From positions 2,144,001 through 2,208,000 of the forward strand of contig CAXXGO010000006.1 in assembly GCA_963666835.2 (NCBI GenBank): a DNA stretch of 64,000 bases. Direction: 5' to 3'. Under the pieces are notes generated by a model. It was given only the letters and a program-made list of their open reading frames with translations, did not search any database and was not told the DNA's origin. This DNA comes from Phycisphaerae bacterium (GTDB lineage: Bacteria > Planctomycetota > Phycisphaerae > UBA1845). This document shows positions 10,166 to 22,297 of this stretch, piece after piece. The position numbers and the translations under genes were made by a program. Position 1 is the stretch's first letter. Each line of letters starts with the position of its first letter.

Positions 10166-12490
10166 CTAGCGGTGAAGCTGCTCTCCCGATGGTGAGGGTT
10201 CGACGGCCGCGATTGTCGGTGAGGAGGCACCCAGGAGTTTCACCCGCATCACCAGCAATGCGGTATCGAGCTGGGGATCTTCTTTCGGACGGTTATTCTC
10301 GTCCTTCTGTTCCAGCTTGGGCAGCTTATCCTCTTCCGAGTCGCCGTCGGCTTCAGCGTCTTCTCCGTCCTTTGTGTCTTCGCCGTTCTTCGCGTCCTCG
10401 CCGGCCTTGGGCTCTTCGCCGTCGCCCTTGTCGTCTTCGGCGGTCGCGGACTTGTCACCGGATTCGGAGTCCGGATCCTCGTCGCCGGTCTTGGCGGCGT
10501 CTTCCTCGTCCTCGTCCTTCTCCGGCTTGGGCGGGCCGATCCGCTCGGCGTCGCGCCGCATCAGGAAAGTGTTATATCGCTCCCACCGCACCAAACGGAC
10601 GGGGATGTCGGGCTCTACGCCCCATTTGTCAGAGTCCGGATCGCGGTGCAGCGAGACCCCGCTCGGCAGGTAATACCGCGCCGTGGTCAGCTTAAGCTCG
10701 GCCTGCGACCGGCTCAGCGGGATCAGGTTCTGCACACTGAACTTGCCGAACGTGCGCGCCCCGACCACCTGGCCGTGGTTGTTGTCCTTGATGGCTCCGG
10801 CCAGGATCTCCGAAGCGCTGGCACTATGCTCGTCGACCAGCACTGTGAGAGGCAGATCGGCATACGGCCCGTCGCGCCGGGCGTTGAAGGTGTGGTTCTC
10901 GGCCGGATTCCGCCCGCGCGTGCTCACCACGACATCGCCGCGTTTCAGGAAGAGAGACGACAGCCGCCACGCGGACTCCAACAGACCGCCCGGGTTGTTC
11001 CGCAGGTCGAGCACCAACCCTTTCAGGCTGTCCTCATCCTCCAGATCGGCGAGCACGTTGCGAACGTCCTCCTCCGTGTTCTTCTGGAAGTTGGTTATCC
11101 GGATGTAGCCGATGCCGTTCTCGCGATCCAGCCAGTGGTTCCACTCTTCGTCGTCGTTGCGTTTGTAGCCTTTGACCGACTGGATCTTCACCCGGTCTCG
11201 CTTAAGGGGGAACTCGATCTCCTCCTCGCCTCGACGGATCGTCAGAACCACCGGCGTACCCCGCGGGCCGGTAATGGTGTCCACCACCTTGTTGAGGCTG
11301 AGGTTCTTGATCTCCTTACCGTCCACCTTGGTAATGATGTCGCCGGCCTGGATGCCCGCGCGATATGCCGGGGTGTCTTCCAGCGGCGAGACCACTTCGA
11401 TCTCGTCGGTGACGCGGTCCTTGACGATCGATACGCCGACCCCGATGAAGTCTCCGCGCGTGTGCTTGTGAAACTCGACCGCGTCCTGTGGCCAGATGAT
11501 CGTCGTGAAATCGTCAAGCGGCTCGAACGCTCCGCGCATCAGCTCGCTGATGAGCAACTCCTCCGGCAGGTCGACGGTCTGCTCGTTGATATCCCGGACC
11601 CGACGGAAGTGCTTGGTGGCCTCGTCCCAGTCGAGTGACGGTGCCGCCTGAACATACTCGAGCTTCCGGCGGATGCGGGCGGTGAAGTCGTTTCGGTCGT
11701 TCTCGTTACCCAGCCCGGTAAACGCCTTCTGGGCGGCCGGTGATTCCGCCAACAACAGCATCTGCTCCAGGCCGGCCTCAGTCATGGCCTTGAAGTCCGC
11801 CAGCTCAACGTAATAGAGCCCCACGAACTCCATGGCGCGCTCGGCGTCTTCCCAGCGGACCTTCTCAATGCGTTCCTTCCAGAGTCCTTCCTCTTCGAAG
11901 ACGGTCTCCAGACGCAAGTGGGTAAGAACCTCGCGTTCGAGCTTCTGATAACGAGGCTCGCGGTCATACAGGGTGGCCAGCGGGTTGTAGAGGCGCCATG
12001 CCTCCTTCCAGTCACTGTCCTTGCGGGCCTTCTCCGCGGCAATCAGGGAGTCGTTGACGAGCTGCTCGAGCCACTCTTCGTGCAGGAATGCCTCACGATC
12101 CTCTACGCAATCTGCGGCCGCCAGCGCCCACTCCAGGGCCATTGCGTATTCCTTGCGCTCGATACGCTGCTTGGCGTACCCGACGTACTTCTCGAGATCG
12201 GCCCGATCGAGCTCTCTACGGGCAACCTGCTGGGCTTCGTACTCCTCCAGCCACGTTCGGACCTGTTCGGTTAGATGTCCGCCGTCCTGGATCTTCCGGA
12301 TGGCGCCGACGGCGCCCTCGAAATCTCCCCGCCCGACGAGGTCGATACTCTGTTGCCACAGTTCATTGCGCGCTGAGGCACTTGCCTGCCGCGTATCCGT
12401 GGCCGAAATGGCGCCATGGCACAGGACCATCGCCCAGGCGATGACCGTGAATCCGAGAATACGACCGACGCGCGGTGACAAGCGATGCAT
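10166..12490 (-). CDS. S41 carboxyl-terminal processing protease (helical N-region, PDZ, S41 domain, acidic tail)
   Basis: FIGVGV PDZ, LDLRNNPGG, SASASEIL (Ser), TFGK (Lys), LTTARYYLPSG, GVEPD. Confidence 0.95.
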   Translation of the reverse strand: MHRLSPRVGRILGFTVIAWAMVLCHGAISATDTRQASASARNELWQQSIDLVGRGDFEGAVGAIRKIQDGGHLTEQVRTWLEEYEAQQVARRELDRADLEKYVGYAKQRIERKEYAMALEWALAAADCVEDREAFLHEEWLEQLVNDSLIAAEKARKDSDWKEAWRLYNPLATLYDREPRYQKLEREVLTHLRLETVFEEEGLWKERIEKVRWEDAERAMEFVGLYYVELADFKAMTEAGLEQMLLLAESPAAQKAFTGLGNENDRNDFTARIRRKLEYVQAAPSLDWDEATKHFRRVRDINEQTVDLPEELLISELMRGAFEPLDDFTTIIWPQDAVEFHKHTRGDFIGVGVSIVKDRVTDEIEVVSPLEDTPAYRAGIQAGDIITKVDGKEIKNLSLNKVVDTITGPRGTPVVLTIRRGEEEIEFPLKRDRVKIQSVKGYKRNDDEEWNHWLDRENGIGYIRITNFQKNTEEDVRNVLADLEDEDSLKGLVLDLRNNPGGLLESAWRLSSLFLKRGDVVVSTRGRNPAENHTFNARRDGPYADLPLTVLVDEHSASASEILAGAIKDNNHGQVVGARTFGKFSVQNLIPLSRSQAELKLTTARYYLPSGVSLHRDPDSDKWGVEPDIPVRLVRWERYNTFLMRRDAERIGPPKPEKDEDEEDAAKTGDEDPDSESGDKSATAEDDKGDGEEPKAGEDAKNGEDTKDGEDAEADGDSEEDKLPKLEQKDENNRPKEDPQLDTALLVMRVKLLGASSPTIAAVEPSPSGEQLHR

Positions 12491-13052
12491 GGTCACTCCT
12501 TAGAAACAAACCACGGTTTCGCGTACTCGCGAACCTCAAGCAAGGCGGCAGGTCGGACCGTCGGCATCCCCCGGCCGCAACCTAAGGGCGTCAGACAATA
12601 CCCACCCTACGTTGGCTTTGAGCAGCTTACGCCACCCTGCAAAGGGCGTGTCTCTCCCCATCTTCCGGTTTGCGGTGGCCAACGATCCCGCCTAATGATC
12701 CATGTAAAGTATAAGAACCGTCGTCGGTACGGTCCAACCGCCGGCCACCAAGCCCGGACATTTCGTTACACATCCGGGACACATTCGACCACCTCCCAGA
12801 ATGTCGGCTATCGCCGACGGCCCGGTTAGCCGGGCTGGGTCGGCAGGATCCGTCCCAGTTACGAACGGCATTCTCGGACGCCGCACCCCGATGCCCGGGC
12901 GACTTGGGGGCTCAGAATCGCCGCCCGGCGGTTTGAACGTGGAACGTGTCCGTATTACGCTCCACAGTTCGCCTGACCCCCGTACGGGAAGGACGTGGCC
13001 CAGGCCGGATGCCGGTCACGGGTGAGGGGGCGAGCGGTCTCGGAAGCGATCC

Positions 13053-15872
13053 ATGGCGGAACGGTCAGCAATACGCGTCGTCGGCGCCCGACAGCACAAC
13101 CTCAAGAACATCAGTGTGGACGTGCCTCGCGATGCCCTGACTGTGGTTACGGGGCTCTCCGGGTCGGGCAAAAGCTCCCTGGCGTTCGATACGATCTACG
13201 CGGAAGGGCGGCGGAAGTACGTCGAATCGCTGTCGGCGTATGCCCGGCAGTTTCTTGAGCAGATGCAGAAACCGGACGTCGACCGGATCGAGGGGCTCAG
13301 CCCGACGATCGCAATCGAACAGCGGGCCGCCACCTCCAGCCCGCGATCGACTGTTGCCACAACTACGGAGATTCATGATTTTCTTCGCGTCTTGTACGCC
13401 CGTGTCGGTCAGCCGCGTTGCTGGAAATGTGATCGGCCCATCGGTCGACAGTCCACCGCCCAGGTTGTCGATTCCGTGCTTTCCGGTCCTGACGGGCAAC
13501 GCATTATGGTCCTCGCTCCGCTTATCCGGCAACAACGCGGCAAACACCACACGGTGCTCGAGCGGATTGCCCGCGAGGGGTTCGTTCGGGCGCGGGTCAA
13601 CGGTGCGGTGGTGGTGCTCGAAGAACTGGAGCCGCTGCCCCCCGGACGCAAACACACGATCGACGTAGTGGTTGATCGGTTGAAGATAAAGCCGGGAATC
13701 AGGCAGCGTCTGGCGGACAGCGTGGAGCTGGCCACCAATCTATCCGGCGGGCACGTGCTCGTCTCCGCCGAGGTTGCCGACGGGCAGTGGTCGGATCAGC
13801 CCTACAGTGCCGCGATGTGTTGTCCGGTGCATTTCGACGTGCGGCTGGATGAGCTTTCTCCCCAGCTTTTCAGTTTCAACGCTCCGCTCGGGGCGTGTCC
13901 TTTATGTCACGGACTAGGCACTACATTGGAGTTTGACCGGGAGCTTATCGTTCCCGATTCGAACCTCTCTCTCGCCGAAGGGGCGATTGCCGCGTGGCGG
14001 AATCAGGGGAAACGGCTCAATGCCGAGTACGCCAGGCTTCTGCGTGATTTCTGCGAACACTTCGGGATCCTCGCCGATATTCCGTTCCGCAACATCCCCG
14101 CCCAACCGGCGAAGATTCTGCTCGAAGGAACGACCACGGCGGATGTCGAGCAATATGGTGTCTCCTTCGAAGGGGTGATCCCGAACCTTAAACGCCGCTG
14201 GGAGACGACGGAGTCCGATTCGACGAAACAGCGTCTGCACGCGTTTCTAGGCGAGTCGTCTTGTGAGGGATGTGCCGGCGCCCGGCTTAATTCGCAGGCG
14301 CTGTGTGTGAAGATCGACGGACGCAGCATCTCCGATGTCAGCAAGTTGACAGTGGCGGAGGCGGCCGATTTCGTCGATGGGCTTGAGCTATCGGGAGAAA
14401 CGAAGACTATCGCCGCGCCGCTACTGAGTGAAATCAGCCGCCGGCTGCGTTTCATGTGTGATGTCGGGGTTGAGTACATAGCGTTGGATCGCCCCGGGGC
14501 AACGCTGTCCGGCGGCGAGTGGCAGCGCATCCGCTTGGCCACGCAGATCGGCAGCGGGCTGGCCGGGGTGTGTTATGTTCTGGACGAGCCGACTATCGGC
14601 CTCCACCCCCGCGACAGCCGCCGCCTGGTCGAGATTCTGCAGCGCTTGGCCCGGTTGGATAACACGGTAATCGTCGTGGAACACGACGAAGAGGTGATCG
14701 CCGGGGCGGACCATCTGATCGACATCGGCCCGGGAGCCGGGACGCGAGGGGGGCACGTCGTCGCCCAGGGTACGCTGCCGGAGGTGCTGAAATGCAAAGA
14801 GTCTATCACGGCGGATTACCTTGCCGGGCGCAGGCAGATGCCCGTGCCGGAGCAACGTCGTCCGGTGGATTGGCGGCGCGCGGTGGAACTCCGCAGCGTG
14901 ACGGCGAACAACCTGAAGAACATCAATGTCCGATTCCCCTTGGGGTGCTTCGTATGTGTCACTGGAGTGTCGGGGAGCGGAAAGAGCACTCTTGTTCAAC
15001 AGGTGCTCGTCCGCGTTCTTCGCCGCCGGCTCGACCGGTCCGGGAGCCGCCCGGGACCCTTCGGGCGGATCGTGGGCAGCTCGAACATCGACAAGCTGAT
15101 CGAGGTAGACCAATCTCCAATTGGCCGGACCCCGCGGAGCAACCCGGCCACGTACGTGGGGGTGTTCGATGCGATCCGAACGCTCTACGCCGGCACCCGG
15201 GAGGCCAAGATCCGAGGCTACGCCCCCGCCCGGTTCAGCTTTAACGTTCGCGGCGGGCGGTGTGAACACTGTGAAGGGCAGGGGGTCAAGCGAATTGCCA
15301 TGCACTTCCTTCCGGACGTCTTCGTCGAGTGCGGCGAGTGCCACGGCAAGCGGTACAACCGCGAGACCCTCGATGTGCGCTACCGGGGTAAGACTATTGC
15401 GGATGTGTTGGATTTTACGGTGGAAGAAGCCACCAAGTTCTTCGAGAACTTCACGAAGATCCGCACTCGCCTGCAGGCCCTCAAGGACGTCGGGCTCGGG
15501 TACGTTACGTTGGGGCAATCCTCGAGCACGCTCTCCGGCGGTGAAGCCCAAAGGGTGAAACTGGCCGCGGAGTTGCACCGCTCCCCCGATGCTCACACGC
15601 TTTACGTATTAGACGAGCCGACCACCGGATTACACTTCGCCGACGTGCGCAACCTGCTGACAGTGCTCAACCGTCTGGCGGATCGCGGGCACACGATTCT
15701 GGTTATCGAGCACAATATCGAGGTGATTAAAACGGCGGACTGGGTGATTGACCTCGGCCCCGAAGGCGGCGACGCCGGCGGTACGGTAGTGGCCGAGGGC
15801 ACTCCCGAGGAGATTGCCGCCCACCCTGCGAGCCACACCGGCAAGTTCCTGAAAAAGCGGCTCGTTTCGTAG
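13053..15872 (+). CDS. uvrA: Excinuclease ABC subunit A
   Basis: GARQHNLKN, two GxSGSGKS Walker A motifs, two LDEPT Walker B motifs, RSNPATY, zinc fingers. Confidence 0.97.
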   Translation: MAERSAIRVVGARQHNLKNISVDVPRDALTVVTGLSGSGKSSLAFDTIYAEGRRKYVESLSAYARQFLEQMQKPDVDRIEGLSPTIAIEQRAATSSPRSTVATTTEIHDFLRVLYARVGQPRCWKCDRPIGRQSTAQVVDSVLSGPDGQRIMVLAPLIRQQRGKHHTVLERIAREGFVRARVNGAVVVLEELEPLPPGRKHTIDVVVDRLKIKPGIRQRLADSVELATNLSGGHVLVSAEVADGQWSDQPYSAAMCCPVHFDVRLDELSPQLFSFNAPLGACPLCHGLGTTLEFDRELIVPDSNLSLAEGAIAAWRNQGKRLNAEYARLLRDFCEHFGILADIPFRNIPAQPAKILLEGTTTADVEQYGVSFEGVIPNLKRRWETTESDSTKQRLHAFLGESSCEGCAGARLNSQALCVKIDGRSISDVSKLTVAEAADFVDGLELSGETKTIAAPLLSEISRRLRFMCDVGVEYIALDRPGATLSGGEWQRIRLATQIGSGLAGVCYVLDEPTIGLHPRDSRRLVEILQRLARLDNTVIVVEHDEEVIAGADHLIDIGPGAGTRGGHVVAQGTLPEVLKCKESITADYLAGRRQMPVPEQRRPVDWRRAVELRSVTANNLKNINVRFPLGCFVCVTGVSGSGKSTLVQQVLVRVLRRRLDRSGSRPGPFGRIVGSSNIDKLIEVDQSPIGRTPRSNPATYVGVFDAIRTLYAGTREAKIRGYAPARFSFNVRGGRCEHCEGQGVKRIAMHFLPDVFVECGECHGKRYNRETLDVRYRGKTIADVLDFTVEEATKFFENFTKIRTRLQALKDVGLGYVTLGQSSSTLSGGEAQRVKLAAELHRSPDAHTLYVLDEPTTGLHFADVRNLLTVLNRLADRGHTILVIEHNIEVIKTADWVIDLGPEGGDAGGTVVAEGTPEEIAAHPASHTGKFLKKRLVS

Positions 15873-15984
15873 GTCCCTCCAATCTCTCTTTCTAACAAGG
15901 AGGGATCGAAAGAGGGCACTGGGAGAGACCCCACGCGGGCGAGCGATTGAGCGGTATGAGAGGACCCCTTCCGGGCGAACGAGA

Positions 15985-16102
15985 GTACGCCGTAGGCGTT
16001 TTACAGCAAAGCCCAGGGTAAACGAAGCGGCGTAGCCGCTTCAGTGCCACCCTGGGTCACAGAGATCCTTACCGTGCCGACCCCGAAGCGGGTTGAACAA
16101 CG
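15985..16102 (+). repeat. ~117-bp multi-hairpin repeat, family Z (MITE/REP-like)
   Basis: ACGCC-GTA-GGCGT, CCCAGGGT...ACCCTGGG and ACCCCGAAGCGGGTT hairpins; inverted homologue at 39821-39937. Confidence 0.8.
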
Positions 16103-16184
16103 TCTGCCAACAGGGTGACATGAGCCAACTTGTTGCCCTATGAGTCGATACGCAGACAGCCCTTCTTGCGACATGCGTTTTTGC

Positions 16185-16214
16185 GGCAGGTCTCGTACCT
16201 CGACCATGCCCTAC
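16185..16214 (-). repeat. GTAG-type REP, family X
   Basis: Reverse complement reads GTAGGGCATGGTCGAGGTACGAGACCTGCC. Confidence 0.85.
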
Positions 16215-16239
16215 GCCCCCCCCGAAGGACCCGCAAGGA

Positions 16240-18323
<2,084 letters not shown>

Positions 18324-18437
18324 CGCGTAGTTTCTACTCGTAGCGAGCTTCGCCGTCAACAGGTGCGGTGGAGTTGTACGGTCTGGCTGTATGCCAAGAG
18401 GGTTTCACCGAGGAGGTTCTCGCGAAGAAGGAAGTCC

Positions 18438-18465
18438 TCAGATTGTCGAAGGTAGCCGCCGATGT
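18438..18465 (+). promoter_or_regulatory. Candidate sigma28 promoter of the HDOD gene
   Basis: TCAG-N16-GCCGATGT. Confidence 0.5.
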
Positions 18466-18564
18466 AACCGCGGAAGAGGCGCAGGCTCGTTGTTGGGCGT
18501 GGTGTACAGAAGAGCTGACAGACGACGAGCCGCACTCTGCGCTGAATTTGGAGCTAGATCCTTC

Positions 18565-19491
18565 ATGAACGCGAAACTGCTTGAGACGATCCGACAGTCT
18601 GCGGCCGTACCTTCCGTTCCGCAAGTAGTCACTCGATTCCTCGAGATCATGCAGGATCCCGAGTTTGAATACGACGACTTGGTCAAAGTCCTCGCCGCCG
18701 ATGCGGGGACGGTGAGCGAGATTCTCCGTCTGGTAAACTCCGCCCTGTTCGGAATCCGCCAGAAGATAGTCTCCTTGCGCCAGGCACTGACCTTGCTGGG
18801 TCCGATGCGGACCCGGTCGCTTCTGGTCGGACGGTATCTGGTCGACACGATGTCTAAGAAGCAGATAACCGGCGTGGACATGAGTTATTACTGGCGCAGA
18901 TCGCTGGCGTCGTCGGTAGTTGCCTCCCGCTTTGCCGAGGCCATCCTACCCCGCCAGCGCGACGAGGTTTTTATCGCTGCCCTGCTGGCTGACATCGGGA
19001 TTCCGATCCTCGCTGAGGCGTTTCCGGAGGCGTACGCTCCGATCGTCCGGCGTTATACGCCGCGGGGGGTGCCTTTCTCGGTGGAAGAGGAGCAGGACGC
19101 CGTAGATGTGTCGCACGCGGAAGTGTCGGCGATGGTGCTGGCGTTCTGGTCGTTGCCGGATTCCGTGACCAAGGCCGTGAACCTTCATCAATCGATGCAA
19201 CTCGGACACGATGATGTCGGCAAGATGGCACGAATTTTGAGTGGCGCTGACGTGATCGGACGCCTGCTCTGCGAGATTCCCGAAGGGGACGAGGTAGCCG
19301 GCACTTGTCTTGCAGCAACGGATACGGTGGGTGTCGAGAGCGACGTTCTGATTCGCCTCTTGCCTTGTATAGAAGGCGATATCGAGGAGCTGGCGGAAGT
19401 GCTGCGGATCGACGTGATCCCCAGCAATGTATACGCCCTTATCGCCAAATCCGTACAAGAGAGGGTCAGCGCGGTGGCGGCGGTCGACTGA
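18565..19491 (+). CDS. HDOD domain protein
   Basis: VPSVPQVV, ILRLVNSALFG, SLRQALTLLG, YWRRSL, LLADIG (His of the usual LLHDIG replaced), HAEVSAMVLAFWSLP. Confidence 0.92.
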   Translation: MNAKLLETIRQSAAVPSVPQVVTRFLEIMQDPEFEYDDLVKVLAADAGTVSEILRLVNSALFGIRQKIVSLRQALTLLGPMRTRSLLVGRYLVDTMSKKQITGVDMSYYWRRSLASSVVASRFAEAILPRQRDEVFIAALLADIGIPILAEAFPEAYAPIVRRYTPRGVPFSVEEEQDAVDVSHAEVSAMVLAFWSLPDSVTKAVNLHQSMQLGHDDVGKMARILSGADVIGRLLCEIPEGDEVAGTCLAATDTVGVESDVLIRLLPCIEGDIEELAEVLRIDVIPSNVYALIAKSVQERVSAVAAVD

Positions 19492-20123
19492 GACCGGTTC
19501 ATTATCCGTTCCACCCCGATGTGATTCCATTTCCAGGGAACGCCCGTACGGGGTCCGTCCGCAGAGGGATTGCAAAGGGCATCGCGAAGACGGCGGACCT
19601 CTGCCGACACATCCGCGACACCCCGGAAGTTTCCATCTTGCTGAAAAAGGGCGGACGTACGGCAACCACCGCTCCGGCAATGGCTCCGGCCGTTGAAGTG
19701 CCGGGTTGACGTTCTCTCCGACGACCGATGCCTTCCTGGCATTGTAGATCCGCTTTTTGCCTTCCCCTTCCGTGCGGAATCCGCGTCCACATGCTCGACG
19801 ATTAGTGCTATAAGCCTCGGCGAAGGACCAGCGGCGACGCGCATCGGGCAGCCCGGCGCGCCATCGGTCTATTGAAACGCTAATCTGGGGGCGGCGGGAA
19901 CAGAAGCCCCAGAATTCTCCGTCGAGATCGGTTTTTTTGTGGATTTTGTCGGGCGGTCCACACACATTTTTTTCGGTCCGGCGCGCTGCGGTTGTGCTGA
20001 CAGTGTCCGGTAAAGTCGGCCGAATTGAGGCAAAACGGCCGACTGGCGCGGTTTCCGGGGGGCGTAAGACCCGGAGTCGACGCGGCACAAGCGAGGGGGT
20101 CCGGATGTGGGGTCCGAAAGTAC

Positions 20124-20151
20124 TAAAGGCGACTTATCGGCAAGACGATTG
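20124..20151 (+). promoter_or_regulatory. Candidate sigma28 promoter of flagellin 1
   Basis: TAAA-N16-GACGATTG. Confidence 0.55.
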
Positions 20152-20437
20152 TTTGATTTGTGAAGCAGTCGGTTATTGGGCTGTTTCTCTGACTGCCGGA
20201 GTCGGCGGAGTGTTCCAGCCTGGCAGTCAGCTCGCCGAACCGTGTTGGGATTAGGTCGAGACATCGGAGTGTGTGATCGACCGGAAATATTATGGGCCAC
20301 CGCATCGGTTAGGGAGCGAGCCCGTCGCCGAAGCTCGGCTTCGGCGCCTTAGTCCGTTTGAGGTAGCGAGCCCATGTTAGGAATTTCTGGCTGCGTGGGC
20401 AGAGCTTCGGCGGCATGTTTGGAGGCACGAACCAGTT

Positions 20438-21967
20438 ATGAGTCGGATAAACACCAACGTTGAGTCGTTGATCGCCCGGCGAGCACTCGATCTCAACAAC
20501 CAGTCCTTGAACCAAGCGCTGGAGCGACTCAGCACCGGTCTGCGGATCAACACCGGGAAGGATGATCCGGCCGGATTGATCGCATCCGAGACTCTCCGTT
20601 CGTCCATCCGGGCGATCGACTCAGCCATTTCCAATGCGAACCGTGCCGATACGATCGTGGCGGTTGCGGAGGGTGGTCTGCAGGAGGTCAGCTCTCTACT
20701 GTTGGACCTGGAGGCACTCGTCGATCAATCCGCCAACGAGGCTGGTCTCACCGAGCAGGAGATCGCCGCCAACCAACTGCAGATCGACTCGATCCTCCAG
20801 TCGATTGACCGGCTGGCCGAGGCGACCGCGTTCGGCGACAAGAAACTCCTGAACGGGAACTTCGACTTCACGACTTCCGGCGTGAACGTCACCGAGTCGA
20901 CCGGGGCGACCGTGGACCATTTGGATGCCGTGCAGGTTAATGCGGCCAAGATAGCCCCGGGCGCCTATCGTCAGATCACTATTTCCCGGGTGGCGGCCTC
21001 GGAGGTTGCTCATGTGAGCGCCGTGCCGATGGGGACGAACGGGTCTGCAGTTTACAACGGCACGATTGGTGACACCGCCACAATCCAGGTTCGCGGCATC
21101 TACGGTAGCGAGCAACTTAGCTTCGCCTCGGGAACGACCACGGCTGCGATTGTCGCTGCAGTGAACGACCGGTCAGCCCTGACGGGGGTGGCCGCGTCAT
21201 CGTACGCCGGGCCCCTCGGGAGCGGACCGGGCAGTGTCTATTTCTACAGCACAACGTATGGCTCTGATGCCTTCGTATCGATCAGCGTACTGGAGAACGA
21301 GGGTAGTACGAAGAGCGTAAGCGCGATCGACGTTGAGACGGTTACCGGGACAAACACCAAGACGGACTACGGGGTCGACGGGACGTTTACGGTCAATGGA
21401 ACCGCGGCCGTTGTGGATGGCCTCGTGGCAAAGGTCCGCGCCGGTGACCTCTCCCTGGATCTCACGATGTCGACAGCCTTCGGAGGCGGGACCGGCAGCA
21501 CGGCCTCCTCGACGAGCTTCGAGATAACCGGCGGAGGGGCCGTCTTCTCAATCTCGCCGACCGTTGGACTGTCCGGGCAGGAGTCGATCGGAATCGGTGA
21601 GGTTTCGGCCAGCAAGCTCGGGAATGCTGCGGTAGGGTTCCTGTCGACGCTGCGGACCGGATTGGCCAACGACCTCTCCAGCCAGAATTTCGCCACCGCC
21701 CAACGTATCGTGCGGGCTGCGGTCGACGAAGTCGCGACATTACGCGGACGACTGGGTGGTTTCCAGAAGGACACCTTGGTCAGCACGATTAACTCGTTGA
21801 GCGTGGCTCGTGAAAACGTCACCGCAGCCGAAAGCGCTATTCGTGACGCGGACTTCGCCGCCGAGACGTCCGCGCTTACCAGAGCGCAGATTCTGGTGAA
21901 TTCCTCCACCCAGATTCTCGGGGTGGCGAACACGCAGCCCCAGAACGTGCTGTCGTTGCTCGGATAG
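20438..21967 (+). CDS. fliC: Flagellin 1
   Basis: MSRINTNV, LERLSTGLRIN, DDPAGL; C-terminal AESAIRDADFAAE...NVLSLLG. Confidence 0.96.
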   Translation: MSRINTNVESLIARRALDLNNQSLNQALERLSTGLRINTGKDDPAGLIASETLRSSIRAIDSAISNANRADTIVAVAEGGLQEVSSLLLDLEALVDQSANEAGLTEQEIAANQLQIDSILQSIDRLAEATAFGDKKLLNGNFDFTTSGVNVTESTGATVDHLDAVQVNAAKIAPGAYRQITISRVAASEVAHVSAVPMGTNGSAVYNGTIGDTATIQVRGIYGSEQLSFASGTTTAAIVAAVNDRSALTGVAASSYAGPLGSGPGSVYFYSTTYGSDAFVSISVLENEGSTKSVSAIDVETVTGTNTKTDYGVDGTFTVNGTAAVVDGLVAKVRAGDLSLDLTMSTAFGGGTGSTASSTSFEITGGGAVFSISPTVGLSGQESIGIGEVSASKLGNAAVGFLSTLRTGLANDLSSQNFATAQRIVRAAVDEVATLRGRLGGFQKDTLVSTINSLSVARENVTAAESAIRDADFAAETSALTRAQILVNSSTQILGVANTQPQNVLSLLG

Positions 21968-22003
21968 CACAGCAGTCTCAGCACACTTAACCACCGCCAA
22001 CAG

Positions 22004-22046
22004 CCGGCACCGGGGTGAGTAAACCACCTCGGTGCCGGTCGTGTTT
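22004..22046 (+). terminator. Hairpin terminator after flagellin 1
   Basis: CCGGCACCGGGGTG / CACCTCGGTGCCGG stem followed by TCGTGTTT. Confidence 0.65.
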
Positions 22047-22098
22047 GGTGACGGGTATAAGGGGATGCCTCTTGCACTGGAGATGCGTCAAGGTCCGC

Positions 22099-22126
22099 TA
22101 AAGCCGCGGCTCTTAGGGGTCGAAAG
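22099..22126 (+). promoter_or_regulatory. Candidate sigma28 promoter of flagellin 2
   Basis: TAAA-N16-GTCGAAAG. Confidence 0.55.
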
Positions 22127-22297
22127 ATGTCTTAGGACCAAAGAACGTCCGTTTGCGCGCGGAGATTGTCTCGGCGGGTCATAGGCGCAGAGGTAGTATC
22201 AGCGACCAGCGGGCGGTGCGGTGGCTCGAAGCCACACACGGCTGTGTGGTAAGGCTGTTCGGCGAACGTCGGACGCCCGAGCGTCACGGATGACTCG

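Noticed and set aside
18368..18568. 66-aa ORF overlapping the HDOD start (ATGA)
   Set aside because: No recognisable motif; it spans the likely divergent promoter region, including a sigma28-like site
19492..20120. ORFs or a riboswitch in the long HDOD-flagellin spacer
   Set aside because: ORFs are low-complexity and overlap each other; no c-di-GMP or other aptamer consensus recognised
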